A stretch of DNA of 64,000 nt from Paraphysomonas bandaiensis (GCA_965644295.1 CBFFRP010000432.1:392214-456213); one strand, 5' to 3'; positions 13,513 through 27,963 are shown, counted from the stretch's first letter. A program made the numbers and translations. Notes: generated by a model from the sequence alone, not told the origin.

Positions 13513-16411
13513 ATGCCAGGAGATAACGCTTACAGTCGAACTGATCGTTCATCATATTCTAATCCTTCAGAGATTCTTTCTACTGTAATTCATTTGGATT
13601 GGACACTTGATTTTGATACCAAACAAATATATGGGAGTGTTACACATGGTGTTGTGGTTGTTATTGATGGATCTGATACTGTGAAGTTTGATTCTTCAAG
13701 TCTCACGATTTCGTCTGTTGAGATTAACTCCACTAAAGTTGGGTTCAAGACTGGTGTTACCTCAACGGCTCTGGGAACATGTATTGAAGTGCCTATTCCT
13801 GAGTCACTGCGTGCTGTAGGGACGGAGTTTGAAGTAAAATTCAATTATTCTACCAGCCCAACAGCATCCGCAGTGCAATGGTTGTCGGCTAAGACAACTA
13901 GTAGTGGAAAGTTTGTACGTGATTTCTTACGATTATGATCTAAACCTGATTTATTCTGTTTAGCCGTTTGTGTTTACTCAGTGCCAAGCTATTCATGCTA
14001 GAAGCCTAATGCCATGCCAAGATACACCTGGTGTGAAGACAACGTACACTGCCACTGTCAGGTATTTTTGCTCACTCTGGTCACATGTCTAGTTTTCCAG
14101 TGGCACACTATATCTCCACGTTACCGTGATCGTGCGATTTGTATGCCATTGCCAACCGAAGGTCTAATAACAATTCCTGTGTTAGGGCACCTGAGTGGTG
14201 TGTAGTCCTTATGAGTGCACTTGAGGACCCTATTAGTAAGGCCAAGGCCAAACCTGGTGAATTCCACTGGAGACAACCGGTTCCCATCCCAGCCTACTTA
14301 GGTATGTTCTACTCTTTTTTCCTGTTATGTTGAGTTTATAATTGTGTTTAATACATAAATTGTTACATTTGTGGAATATATTTGCCAGACGATGCGATGT
14401 GTCATAACCATTGTAAACAGTCGCTCTGGCAGCTGGTGAGTTGGAGAGCCGTGAAATCTCGAAACGAGTCAAGGTGAAACACTCTCCAAATGCGTTATGT
14501 GACACCATTTCTCTGAATGCTTTAATATATATGATGGTATCTGTAGGTATGGGCTGAGCCCAGTGTGGTAGACAAAGCTGCTTTCGAGTTTTCAGAGACC
14601 GAGGAGTTTTTACAAGCTGCTGAGAGCCTCACCTGTCCTTACCCATGGACTCGATATGACGTCTTATGTTTGCCCCCATCATTTCCCTATGGTGGCATGG
14701 AAAATCCATGCTTGACATTTGCGACGCCAACCCTCCTCGCTGGAGGTGTGTGATCATATACCTGCTGTATTTCATACGTATATGCAGTCAATCGACATCA
14801 TTGAAGTAAATTTTTAGATGATATATCTGCCGTGATTTCTGCTACTTATCATTGCGAAATGACTTAACGAAAACGTAATTTTGTGTATCTAGATAAGTCT
14901 CTTGCGGATGTTATTGCCCATGAGATTGCACACAGTTGGACGGGGAATCTCGTCACCAACTGCACATGGGAGCACTTTTGGCTCAACGAGGGGTGGACAG
15001 TTTGGCTTGAACGCAAGATTATGTCGAGGTATGTGCTCAGTATTGACAAATATGATCGCTTATTTTCAAATGATAGAGTGAAAGGTGATGTGGCGCACTT
15101 GAAGCTTTCAGCTCAGATTGGATGGAACCACTTAAGGGACTCGGTTGCACAGTTAGGGGGTGAGACTGGGCGATTCACCAGACTTGTTTGGCCACTAGAA
15201 GGTGAAGATCCGGATGACGCATTCAGCAGTGTTCCTTACGAGAAGGTAACGCCACATTTGTAGTGTCGCTGTATATATTGTCACAATGTAAATCTATTCC
15301 TCACTTCAGTATAAATCCTAATGCATATCCATAATTCAACGTATTATACTCACATGTGTTGTACATCTAGGGTTTCAATCTTCTCTGGTACTTGGAGTCA
15401 CTTGTCGGAACCCCTGCGTTTGAGGAGTTCGCCAAGAATTATATTGATAAGTTTAAATTCGGCGGTGTTTCTAGTGGGGAGTTTAAAGATATGTTCATGT
15501 CCACTTTCGCTGGACACTCTCTACGCGTCGATTCTCTTAACTGGGATGAGTTGTTTTACTCAACAGGTGATGCGTACATTTTTGCTATGTTCAGAAAACG
15601 AGTTATAGTAGTGTTGCTTTGATGTAGGAATGCCTACACCCACCCCTGACTTCTCGAACCCGCTCTCCGACAGTGCCTTACGTCTTGCCGACCGCTGGAT
15701 AGCCACACCCAAGGATGGGAACGCCGGTGCATCTGGTGCGGGGCCAACCGATATTGAGGGCTGGTCATCTCAGCAGAAGTGTGTCTTCCTTGAGAAGCTC
15801 ATTCTTCATGCCCAGGAGGTAGCGCCATTCTCCCTAGCCGTACTGGAAGCCATGGATCTCGCATATGGTCTGACGTCTTCCAATAATGCAGAGATCAAAT
15901 TCAGATGGCAGTCTCTGTGTTTGGAGAGTGAAGCACCATGGATCGTTCCGCATATTGTTGCATTTGTAAAGGCTCAGGTTGCCATGGTTAACGACGTTAT
16001 GTTTTATGTGTAATATATGTCTAGGGGAGAATGAAATTCGTGCGACCCTTGTACAGAGCCCTTCATAAGTCTGCTGTTGGTTGTGGAATGGCAAAGCAGA
16101 CTTTCATCGAGAACAATGAAATGTAATACTTTTATTGCGTGATATGAGTCATTGTTAATTGTGTATATAACTCTAGATACCACCCAATAGCTCGCAAAAT
16201 GGTTGCGGCAGATCTTGGATTGGATTTAAATGAGTTGGGTAAGACAAAGCAATGGAAAGATATCCCTCCGGCTAGTAGCTCTACTCCTGCACGACCTAAT
16301 CCAAATGCCACACAATCCCAGCCCGAAGATAGTATGGGATGGGCTGTGCCAGTCGCAGTTGCAGCAGGAGTAGCGGCCGTGGCGATTCTTTTCCTTAAGT
16401 TCAGGCGCTAA
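13513..16411 (+). CDS. LTA4H: M1 family aminopeptidase / leukotriene A4 hydrolase homolog
   Basis: [16 protein letters not shown]...NEG zinc motif, [21 protein letters not shown] and [10 protein letters not shown] across exons. Confidence 0.92.
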
Positions 16412-16822
16412 GGTCCACGCCATAGATTGTGTGAGTTACATATCTGATATCTGACACAGTTGTTTGATAAGATGGTGCAATATGTGCATTGTATTTCGCT
16501 ACTGTTAGTTCTTTTTGAGCACATTAATTAAAAAAATATACGAGAAAAGCGTTTATGTCGATAAGTTCTCGAAACAAATGTATTCGTTACCATTGTTTTT
16601 TCTTCTTTATGTTACTGGAAATACCACACCAACGTAGAAATACCTACTGAAGTTGTAACTACTGTTACTGATACCACCTGGTTTATTCTCACCGTATTCA
16701 GTATTCATATTTCTCATGTTTTGAGCATATGTAGCACGGAGTTTGTTCGAAAACGTTCCGCGACCTCGATTAATTAATTGACATTAACACCGTCACCAGT
16801 CACATTATTTACAAATTATTAC

Positions 16823-18214
16823 TTATCCATCCACCATATCATTATCTATCATTGGCAACTCTAAAATCGGGTCATTAATCACCCTTATACCCTCTTTCGC
16901 GATAGAGTTATCCGGGTCTCTCGACAAAACACTTTCGTAGTCTAACAGCGCACGGTTCCACCTTCGAACACAACACAACGCTCGTGCTCTACAATACAAA
17001 AAATTAATACTACAAAGCCACAAAAGTACCAACGATATCAGGTATTAAATTTAATATGAAGGTGGATACTGTTGTCTATACAAAAGTAAAGTAGTTAGGA
17101 ATGTACATACCGTAACAAGAGCACCATATCCAGCTCTGGCTGGAACTTTAAAATAGTGTTAAAATCTTCGATGGCCGCAGTAAAGTCCTGTTGGCAGCAG
17201 TATATCAGAGCCCGATGAAGAATCTACAAGAGTGTATATACATTAGATACATTATGTCAGAGTCCGATGAAGAATCTACATGAGTGTATATATATTAGAA
17301 ACATTGGTAATTTCAGAGTACCAGAATTAGCCAGTCAGTTGAAAATACAGTGATATTACATGTAAAATACCATATTTAAATCTTCGGGATAATCATCAAC
17401 GATGCCCGTCATGACCTCTATTCCATCATCGTAATTTGGGGGGGACAGCTTTGCCGCCACATAGGCTCTGAGTCGCCTACTATCGATTCGTGTGTCCCCG
17501 AGTATAGATAGCAGGTTCAACTCGTCAAATGCATCCAGATAACGGTTTAGCTTGATGTAGCAATTCGCCATTATAAATCGGGCATCAGCTTCCATTGACG
17601 GTGTTGCTACACTTTTCAATTAGATACAAATAGAACAATATAAATGTCAAACATTATAATACACGACTACAACATGGGTGACAGTCACAAACATGCTACA
17701 TTTCTACGACATTCGTGATAAAAAAAACGTATACAGAACAGCGCAACTTACATAATGCCAGCTTTGCCGACACAGCGGACTGCTCAAACTCCTCCAATTT
17801 ATACAACACTTTTGCTTTTACAATGTACAGCTCTCCATTCATTTCATCAACCATCCCCAGAATCTCCAAGGTCTTGTCACGGTCACCTGATCGAAACGCT
17901 TCAATCGCTTTGCTCTTTGCCTCTCTCTGCATTTTCTTTAGCTCCAGATCTTTTCGAATCGATTTAAAGTAACGTCGACCTAACATACCACGATAAGCTG
18001 CTTTGACAGTAGTCGCAGCCCAAGTCCATCGTTCGAATCGTCTCTCCCAGCGCCATTCCAACCGCCTTAAAAACCGCTCCTCTCTACCAGTGGTAGCTAA
18101 TCTATGCCGATATATACCAGAAGGAGTTAATTGTTCACTAATCTCTTTTAATGTGAGCTTATAGCTGTCATTAGGAGCCCATATCTTTGTAGATGGAGGG
18201 ACATAACCGGACAT
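16823..18214 (-). CDS. IQ-motif and TPR-repeat protein
   Basis: AATTVKAAYRGMLGRRYF (IQ-like) and several TPR-like helical exons ending in ALLDYESVLSRDPDNSIAKEG. Confidence 0.65.
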
Positions 18215-18652
18215 GACTATAGTAACGAACTATACGAATAAGTGACTATAGAATACACACTGGCACACAATTAAATGGCTATATTGAAAGGCAAAGTAGT
18301 AAATTCATTCGATTGATTCCTATGTGGTTTATCTATTAGTTTAATGAAAGACACGTGATGGACTCTCATACAATACACACACATACAGCAGTATCTACTG
18401 ACTATATGACTCACCCACTGCTCGTTTATATACAGCACTGGAGTGGTGGATACCTGAAAACTGCCAATGAAACAAGGGGTTTTCAGGAATATGTACAGTA
18501 GAGTATGTGAAAATACAAGGTATGTAAAATAAAACCTCTGTATTTTACCGTTGGAATAAAATCACATGAAAATTTAGTCTAATTTCGGCATTTTTTTTAG
18601 TCTACTGAAAGCACCCCCTACTTTTTTGTATTCTGCTGCCCCTACGATACTC

Positions 18653-18815
18653 TGTATGTATGTATGTATGTATGTATGTATGTATGTATGTATGTATGTA
18701 TGTATGTATGTATGTATGTATGTATGTATGTATGTATGTATGTATGTATGTATGTATGTATGTATGTATGTATGTATGTATGTATGTATGTATGTATGTA
18801 TGTATGTATGTATGT
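18653..18815. repeat. (TATG)n microsatellite, about 40 units
   Basis: Perfect tetranucleotide run between two divergent genes. Confidence 0.98.
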
Positions 18816-18898
18816 TTGTGTGATTTGTGGGATGATTGCCATTTAAACACAAGCAACTGCACATTCAAACCACTATAACTTATCAATCATATTCCCGC

Positions 18899-21456
18899 AT
18901 GAGTACAATGTCTTCTATCGTGGTCAAGAAGACAGGTACTCCTCCGGAGTATATCTTGCATGACTCTCTATATATACAGCAATACTCACCTATTGCATTT
19001 GCGCTTAAACAAGATGGTATTGAGGGCATTCACGATAAACTATTGGCTAAATTGATATATGATATTCAAATGTTTATGGAGGTATGTGTGTTGCTGTGTG
19101 AGATAACTGCACTGATGTATCTGTAGAAGCGATTGGGTGTAACAGCCCCAATGCCGAGAAAACTTGTGCGCTTGCCTTGCAGTGTATTCAAAGATTTCTC
19201 TGTTGGTGGTGCACTTTATATTTTCTTCAAAGCTGCTTTTCAACGAATGAGTCCTGAGAAGTGGAGAGGTTTCGATGTAATGAACCCTTCCAACTGCGAC
19301 TTTATATATACGCTGTTGCAAGAAGTACAGAATTCCTTGGTGGATGTGAGTCTGCAATAGATGTAATTATGTTTACTTAACACGTCGTGCTACGCAGAGA
19401 AATTTTATCACATGGCCGAGAGTTCATTTTGCATCATCTTTGTCTGATGACTTGATAAAGGAATTAGAGAATATTGTGCGCTCGCATAATGGCAGTGTGG
19501 TAAGTGATGTGAACGCAGCCAGTCACTTGGTGGAATGGGACGAGGAAGTTGATGGGAAGGAAATTGCCGAGGACTTCTACCGTCCTATAGAAACCCGATT
19601 AAACAACGGTGTGGGAGCTGTTTTGGTTCATTGGTTTTACACACCTGACAGTTACGACGAATGGCTCCCATCGCAGGGATTGGAATGTCCAGAAGTGCAG
19701 AAGCCACCCCCTACAAGCCAACATAAACAATGGCGGGTGTGTTGTCAATTTTTGCGGGATGTTGCGAAGTATAATGAATGGGGAAATGAAGTAGACTATG
19801 AGGTAGGCTCTGCGTTAGAAGTAGATCAAGCAAGTGTCGGTGGTATGAAGGTAGGCAAGTATAGAATGAACCCAAGTTCGACACAGAAGAAGCACGAGAA
19901 TACTTTCACGGAGGAAAAGAAAGCTGTAATGCCGAGTCTTGCCCCGCCCACGGAGGATCCCAACTTTAGCTCTAGTGGGAGGGCCGCTGGAAATGTAAAT
20001 GTAGTTGAAGTTTCTGGAAATCAATACACGATGAAGGAAGAGCAGCCTAGCGGGCAACAGCCGCCACTAACTGCAGAGCCAGATGTAGATAGGATATCGG
20101 CAGAGGTTAAGCATTCTGCTGAGCACAAGCAGCAACAAGATGCTGCACCTGAAATGGAGGCTGATGGCACTTCGATGGAGGTAGAGGAAGGCGCTGGGAG
20201 AGTACCGTCATCAGAATCAGCACAAGAGAATTCTTCAGCAGCGGGTCCAGTGAAGCGCAAGGACCGGGATGAGGATGATTCAGAGAGCCCCATTCAAAAA
20301 CGAAAGCGAGATTTAATGACGACAAATAGCCCCGAAAATATCGCCCCTGTTCTGCCTTCCTGGATGAGTATGGATGCTATCAGTGCAGTGGAGCGCCGAT
20401 ATTTACCGGAACTGTTCTATGGCGCATCGCAGTCTAGTTCTAAGAACTACCCTGATGAAGGCACCGATGAAACTGTAGACGTTCGGTACCTTCGTGTTAG
20501 AAATTGTATTATAGAACTCCACAACCAGCAACCGGAGGTGTACATATCGGCAACGGAATGTAGACAAAAAGTGGCCGGTGATACTGCACTGGTTATTCGA
20601 ACTCACGAGTTTTTGGATGCATTTGGAGTAATAAATACGAACTCCTCTATAAAGCCCACAACTCGCCCCCCAAAGTGTCCTGCTTTTTTCTTCAGGAGTC
20701 CTCCGGCAGCAGAGGTGGAATCTCATAATACTGCATTTAAAACAGCCGCAACGTCATCAGGTGGACAGGAAAGTGTGAAAACAATACAGTGGAGTCATCA
20801 GGCGGACGCCGCATTAGTAGCCGCCGTGTCTGCTCTATGCCCAGAGGACTCAAAGAAATGTGACATTGACTGGGATTGTGTGTGTGAGGCAGTAAAGCGT
20901 GACACCGATATGGCCGTTCCACTTTCCCCAGATATATGTTTTAAGCGTTTCGTGGAGATATCTATACTGTGTGACTCTGGAGAAGGTAGCGGTGGAACAC
21001 GGGAAGGGGTTGTTCCTAAAAAAGTGAAGGAGCTTGCAACATTAGTAGCAACTGAGTGTTCGGCTTATATTGACTGCGATGCTGCGTCGTCCGCAGTTCG
21101 GGCGGTCGCTGGAGTTATGCAAGAAGGAGCTGGAAGTGTGCTTAAAACAGCTCATGCTGTGGGCGGCGGTGCTGCACTCGTATCAGCAGCCGCTAAACTA
21201 GCTGCTGGCACAAAAGAAAGCTCCATTGAAGACATTCTAGACGATTACTTATCTGTACGAATGCTTGCATTAGAAGAGAAGGTACGAATTTGAGTTCTTG
21301 TAACGAAACGCGTAGTAATTGATATCTTAGATGCAGGTAATGTCGTCAATTGAAAAAGCGCTAGAGATTGAAAGAGAACGAGTTGAGCTAGATAGGCACG
21401 ACTTGCAGGTGCAAAGAGCGCGAATTGCGTTTATTCAATCACATTTTCTACAATAA
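18899..21456 (+). CDS. SWI3: SWI/SNF subunit SWI3/SMARCC-like (N-terminal MarR/BRCT/chromo region, SWIRM, SANT-like, C-terminal coiled coil)
   Basis: VLVHWFYTPDSYDEWL and YNEWGNEVDYE match the SMARCC N-terminal module. SWIRM (LPSWMSMDAISAVERRYLPELF...YLRVRN...RTHEFLDAFGVIN). Last exon ends at TAA 21456. Confidence 0.85.
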
Positions 21457-22548
21457 GCACTGGTGTCGTTATTAAGTAATTGTACAAGTTTTGAATGGGT
21501 GTCATCGTGTGCAGCTGGAAATATGCGTCTTACTAATTAATACATGAATTATCGATTACTGTCGAAGCTATAAGCGTTCTGTATTGCGATGTGGTAGCTA
21601 TTTTCTTCAGCAATAAAAAACGGAATGGGAGTAAGAGGAGGTTTCATGATTTTATATAATGAAGACCAAAGGGATCGAAGAACGAATCAGAAGAACTATA
21701 GAATTTAGATATATTGAACTCTGATAGAGTGGTGACTCGTTATTAGCAAAAAAAGTGGCACATTCTTGCAGTTGAGTAATAGCTTGCAAAGTCAAGAACT
21801 ATATCCCATTAATATATATTTTCCAGTTCAAAGTTAATCTTTAATTAGTTATTTCAGCATTTATTGTATTAGTATCTTGTATCTGTAGTGGCAAGCCAAT
21901 TCGTATGAAGCAACGTACTATAACAGTTGCAAGTGTGGCTGTAGATAACAAGCAACAACATCAATGAATTAGGGAATAAAAGAGAATTAAGAATTACAAA
22001 CAATATACGGACTAGACTTTAGACCACTAGGCAACGTTGGAAAAATGTTAACTTCTGGTTACGCCTGCTATTCGCTTCGTCTAGTATTCATTTCAAAATA
22101 GTTCTGATAGGGTAGTCTTGCTGTTTTCTACGAATATATTAATGCCAGCTATCTAATATTTAATATTCTATAATTTATTCTATCGCTATGACGTCCAAAT
22201 AACAACAACAACAGTTTTAGATTTCAATCACATATGTAACGCTATGCACTCTAATAGTATAGATAATTTATTCTTCGAAGATTATTAATGATGAAAGAAG
22301 TCGATATATTTTACGGAGAATGAATTAGCATGCTGAAGATGCTCTACAGGCTGTGTATATATATAGCGAGAGCGCCTCATAGAACTGTCAATAATTTCCA
22401 AATAAATCAATAGAGGGGGAAACAATATTGTTATTAAGGATGATACTGTAGTCTATCATTCATTTCTATAGTTCTTACTTGCTATATATATACATACATA
22501 TATGGGCTCATCTATGGCTATTCTCCCTCTAGTTAGGGTTTCCTTATA

Positions 22549-22991
22549 CGGAGCTCGTCGAAAAAAGCAAAAAGGCCCAGCTCTCGGCGCCGAGCGTATT
22601 TTGCAAATATGTCACCTTATACAAAAAAGAGTTAAAAGGCTTTTCTCTCAGCGCCGAGCGTCTATATAAACCAATGGAACTAAATGCTAAGGAAAGCCAT
22701 GGCTCGATACCGATGTTCTCATAACAATCACCTTTCTCAATTAATTGTTGATATCTTGACATCACGATGGAATGGCTACTCAATGGTCTGTTATCTGTTA
22801 CAGTATACATATGCACCAAATTAAAGGGTGTCATGTTGGGTCGATTTCTTTCTTCAGTCTGTATAAGGCCGTATTCTTGGACGCCTGGCGGTGAGAGAAA
22901 AGCCTTTTGACTCTTTTTTGTATAGCTAAGGTGACATATTTGCAAAATACAAAATACGCCGACCTTTTTGCTTTTTTTTCGACGAGCTCCG
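22549..22991. mobile_element. MITE with long (about 110 bp) imperfect TIRs and TA target duplication (Tc1/mariner-type)
   Basis: TA|CGGAGCTCGTCGAAAAAA...TTTTTTCGACGAGCTCCG|TA. Arms share TATTTTGCAAATATGTCACCTTA and AAAAGGCTTTTCTCTCA in inverted orientation. Confidence 0.85.
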
Positions 22992-23272
22992 TACACTGTA
23001 TACCTGGTATATCTCTACTCACTGATATTTTGTCTAAAAAAACTTATTTTCAGTGGAATTTTTTGTAGATATTTCAAGCTTTTTGCTTGTTTTTTCCTTC
23101 AGCAACACAAAAAAGGGTAATATGTTGTGTAAAATGCTGTGTAATATCATATAGCATATACAGCAGTATGTATGGATGTGTACGTGTACAGCCATATGGA
23201 GGCTTATATGTACTGTACATGACAATAAGTTAACTTAAAGCTTATAGCAGTGTCTATAACAATTCTATTACT

Positions 23273-24495
23273 ATGTTCTTCCATATATCTGATATTATAC
23301 TGTCATCAATACCCTTCTGTCTATTCTTTTCCATTGCTCTTGGATTCTACCCTATATCAAATGAGAAACGCGGTAGATTATGGTTCTATATCGCGTCTAT
23401 AGTCCTCGGCGTGTCCATCAAAGTGGTATGTATGATAAGTAATTTGATTCTATGTAATTGGTATTTTAGGTCATAGATTTGAATACGCTCCCTACCAGCC
23501 TGTACACTGTGTTAGGGGTAGCACCAACTGCGTCTGTATTTGACATTAGAAGAGCTTTCAAGGAATTATCGTTACTCTATCACCCGGATAAGAGTCCCAG
23601 TGAGAATTCTCAATCCCACTATTATGCTATTCGATATGCTTATGATGTAAGAGGATTGTGAATATATGATATGTTTTCCAATTCACTTATCTCCCAGTAG
23701 TACGTACAAATGAGCAATTGTTACTTCTATTGTAGTATCATCTTTATGTGTTGCTTTCCATCATTTAACTGTTGGTGCAGCAACTTGTTGATGACTCCAA
23801 GCGAGATTGCTATGATCGATTTGGCGCCATAGGTCTTGTTTCCGATCCAAGAAATGACGAAATAGACCTTTTGTTCAGTATTGCCATCATTTATATATAT
23901 TGGATAGTTGTATTGCTGCTAGTTACATCTCCAAGTAGCTCTCGATCTGCTCGAACTCCCCTGATAGTGGTGCTTTTGGTCATGCTGGTTTTAGAAGTCA
24001 CTCTCAGGACCACTAGCACCAGGATATCTGACCTCCTTCCTTTGTCTATCACTGAACACGAACTGCTGGTGTACGCTCATATGTGCTTTCCAGGTCTGTT
24101 GCTAATTATCAAGTGTGTGATGGACTACTACTACTTGGATGTGGACAAGTATGCTTTACAGTTCGCGAAGACTTCTTCGAAGAACAATAAGGTGAGCCAT
24201 ATAAATGATATCTTCCGCAACCAATATTGTTGCGGATACACAGGAGATGTTGACGCTGATGCGGGAGACTGCGTCGTTGTTACCTGTCGTGGAGAACGAT
24301 GCTTCCACAAGTAGTGAAACACAGAATGTGCGGACCAATCTGATGGCTATCTCAGAACGAATACAGGAGAATGATAGAGAAGCCGCGAGACTAGTAGCTG
24401 CATTGGAATCAGCTGCCAAGTCTTCCAGTAGTGGCAGTTACCTCTGGGTACTTTTTATTATAGTCTACCTTGCATATTCAATAGGATCGGAATAG
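23273..24495 (+). CDS. Membrane-bound DnaJ/J-domain protein
   Basis: LYTVLGV...IRRAFKELSLLYHPDK J-domain, KRDCYDRFG, and several hydrophobic TM segments before and after. Confidence 0.8.
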
Positions 24496-25088
24496 ATGTG
24501 TTAGAAATCTGCCTTCTTTTACAATTGTATTGTGTAGATTACCTATGCGTAAAATGCAATTGTATTACTAATGATGGTAGAGCTTGTTGAGAAAGTATTA
24601 CGAAAATGGCAGTAGGATTCCTTTGCAGTTAGATTCGTTATTCTACACAGCAGTCGTGTGTATTTTCACTGGCGATTCAAATTTCGTAACAATATGCTGT
24701 TCGTCTGCAAATTAGGTACTACATATCATACATCAAACAAACAGATTCTGCCAATATGATGCAGCGAATTTTTTGTAAACGAATTGGAAGTATATCTCCA
24801 AATTAACTCATGTATCACACTAGTCATAGATCGCCTAGTTTAGAGTTTAGCACAGAAGGTGCTAAAAGTTCTTAACTTGCAGAAGTAATTATAATTACCT
24901 ATGAGTAAATTGACTAGCTGGTGCTTTTCTGCATACGCTATACCACATACATGTACGCGATATACTTCCTATACGAAGCGGCGGGTCACAAGAGCATCTC
25001 ATTAAAATCTACCGCGGCTGAAGTGAACCAACACATATGCTCTGAACCACCTAATATACCAGTGAATATTTCCAATCCTGAAGACATA

Positions 25089-26497
25089 TCAAATTAGGTC
25101 TGCAACATTCATAGGCATCTCATCAATCTGGGTCGAATAATACTGCTCAATATCACGTAAAATTCGGACATCATCATTCTTGACGAAATTGATGGCAACA
25201 CCCTTGCGACCAAATCGACCGGACCGTCCAATGCGGTGGATGTAGAGTTCTCTATAGTTTTAAGGTGTTATTACATGAATACAAGGGTACTAGATGTTAC
25301 CTATTGTTCGGCAGATCATAATTGATGACGAGTGATACTTGCTGTACATCCAGTCCTCTTCCCCACACATCTGTCGCGATAAGTACGCGTGATCCGCCAG
25401 AACGGAATTCCTCCATAATTGCCTCACGCTCCTGCTGAGGCATATCACCATGCATAGCAGACACTGTAAAGTTTGCATCTCGCATTTTGGCCGCCAGCCA
25501 ATCAACCTTTCGCTTTGTGTTACAAAATATGACAGCCTGAGTGATTGTCAATGTATCATACAAATCACACAATGTGTCAAACTTCCACTCCTCGCGCTCA
25601 ACAGCTACAAAAAACTGCTTGATACCCTCAAGAGTTAATTCGTCGCGCTTTACAAGCACCCGCACGGGCTCATTCATAAATTTATTGGTCATATCCAGAA
25701 CCTCTTGTGGAAGGGTTGCAGATACTAGAACTACTTGCGTCGATGGGGGAAGGTACCTGCAATTCATGCGTTAACAGCACGTAAATCCATCTCAATTTTA
25801 GAAACCTGTAAATATCATATATCTGATCTTTGAACCCACGATTGAGCATTTCGTCTGCCTCGTCAATGACCAACATCTTGATACCACGGGTGCGCAAATT
25901 TCGTCTTTTAATCATGTCGTACACGCGGCCAGGCGTTCCAGAGACAACTTGCACTCCATAATCCAACCTCCTAATATCTTCACCAATACTTTTTCCACCA
26001 ATGCATGCGTGACACTGAACATTCATGAAGTCACCAATTGCAAGAACAACTTTTTGAGTTTGTTCGGCCAACTCACGCGTTGGAGAAAGAATTAGCGCTT
26101 GGGTTTCATTGGAAGTTGAATTAATACTCTGAAGCACACCAATGGAAAAAACAGCCGTTTTTCCTGTTCCAGATTGTGATTGCGCAATTACATCCCTTCC
26201 TTGTATAATAGGTTTGATTGCTCGCTGCTGGATAGCGGATGGTCTCTCGAAGCCTGCCACGCACATAAGGACAATCTATACCAATACATATATAGACAGT
26301 TATACCATAAGCATATATTCCCCGGAGTAAATCTTCCTTGAGTCCCATCGTATCAAAAGATGAAAGAATCTCAACATCTTCTGTTTGGGTAAACTCAATT
26401 TGCCCGTCCATATCATAATCTGATATTATATATATATAATGTCCCGTATATACACTATCAAAATGATAAGCTTACCAATTTTCTCTCTTGTTGACAT
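25089..26497 (-). CDS. EIF4A3: DEAD-box helicase eIF4A-III (exon junction complex)
   Basis: [66 protein letters not shown], and C-terminus MPMNVADLI. Confidence 0.96.
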
Positions 26498-26992
26498 CTC
26501 AAATCAACTGTCCTATCTTAACTTATGTCTTCGTTGATGCTGATCACCTGTTGATGACAATAGTATGGAATATACTGTATGTCTGTCTATGTTTCTCTAA
26601 GTAATTCATGGGGTTTGTGTTGCATGCACACACTGCCGAATGCACTATACATTATTGTGATGTATGTTTTTTTTTTCGAGATGAAAAAAAAAAGAAAAAA
26701 ATAGGCATTTTATAGTATATAAATATCGTATATATGAGAAAACAAATACAGGATGGTTGGTCAACACCACACTCTATAATGGGATGTAATGATTGGTCGA
26801 GAGCGATGTTAAGCCTATAATTATACATGTACTATACATAATACATACACACAGCAGTATCAAGTTTCCAGCTATAAAAAATAGAAACTTAGAAATTGGA
26901 TATCAGAATCAGTTGATAGCATTAACCCACAAGACCTCAGCCACCATATAATAACATAAAGTCATCTTCTGTTCACAATCGCCTACAATTCA

Positions 26993-27685
26993 ATGAATGG
27001 TATAAAGAAACCTAATGTAAGATATTATTCGATAAGCAAGTTGATGATTATCATCATATGATGTGGTAGGTGTTGGTCACTGGCACTCCAGGCACCGGTA
27101 AATTATATATAATATAATTATTTACCACATATAATACCTTAAAAGGAAAAAGCGCTTTTTGTGAAGCTGCTGTTGAAAGTTTGGATCTTAAATTAGTTGA
27201 TGTTACTGAGGTGTGTGTCTATAGTTATTCCCAACACATGTTGTCATTTTCTTCTGCGGTCCTGTGTGCTTTAGTTAGTTAAAAATCACGAATGCCATGA
27301 AGGTAGAGATGAAGCATTCGACACCCTAGTATTGGATGAAGATAAGCTCTTAGATGTTATGGAACCGATTATGTCCGAAGGAGGGAATATCGTCGACTAT
27401 CACTCGTGTGATTTCTTCCCTGAGCGCTGGTTTCAGTTAGTGTTGGTTTTAACGGCTGATACAGAAGTCCTCTTCGATAGATTGCAGGCTCGAGGATATT
27501 CAAAGAAAAAGATGGATGAGAATATGGAATGTGAAATAATGCAGGTCGTTACAGAGTCTGCAAGAGAGAGCTATGACGCAGAAATTGTTCATTGCCTCAG
27601 CAGCAATACCCTAGACGATATGGAAAGTAATGTTGCTAGACTGAAATCTTGGTATGCTTCTTGGATGGCGCAAAATGAAGCTTAG
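26993..27685 (+). CDS. AK6: Adenylate kinase 6 (hCINAP/Fap7-like)
   Basis: PN|VLVTGTPGTG P-loop over short exons, DEDKLLD, VDYHSCDFFPERWF and ENMECEIMQ. Confidence 0.92.
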
Positions 27686-27963
27686 AGCGCATGAAACACA
27701 TGTGATATATTAGTTACCTCACAGCTATCATTGTAGTAGTAGATTGTGGGCAATAAAGGTCGTAAAGTGCAAATGACTAATAATGAACTAGATGCAATTA
27801 TTAGAAGAGGTAAATAGTGTTTCATGGTGACCAGTGTGAAAAACATGAATATAGGATAGAATCGATTTATTGTTTATTGTAATACACATCACACTATTTT
27901 ATAGAAATGGTGTTACATGTTGTGCTATGAGTACGTTTTGTGTTTAAGGTGTGAGTGAGGACT

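Noticed and set aside
18574-18886. ORFs of YIHT/MYVC repeats (also 29819-30200)
   Set aside because: Translation artefacts of the (TATG)n microsatellites.
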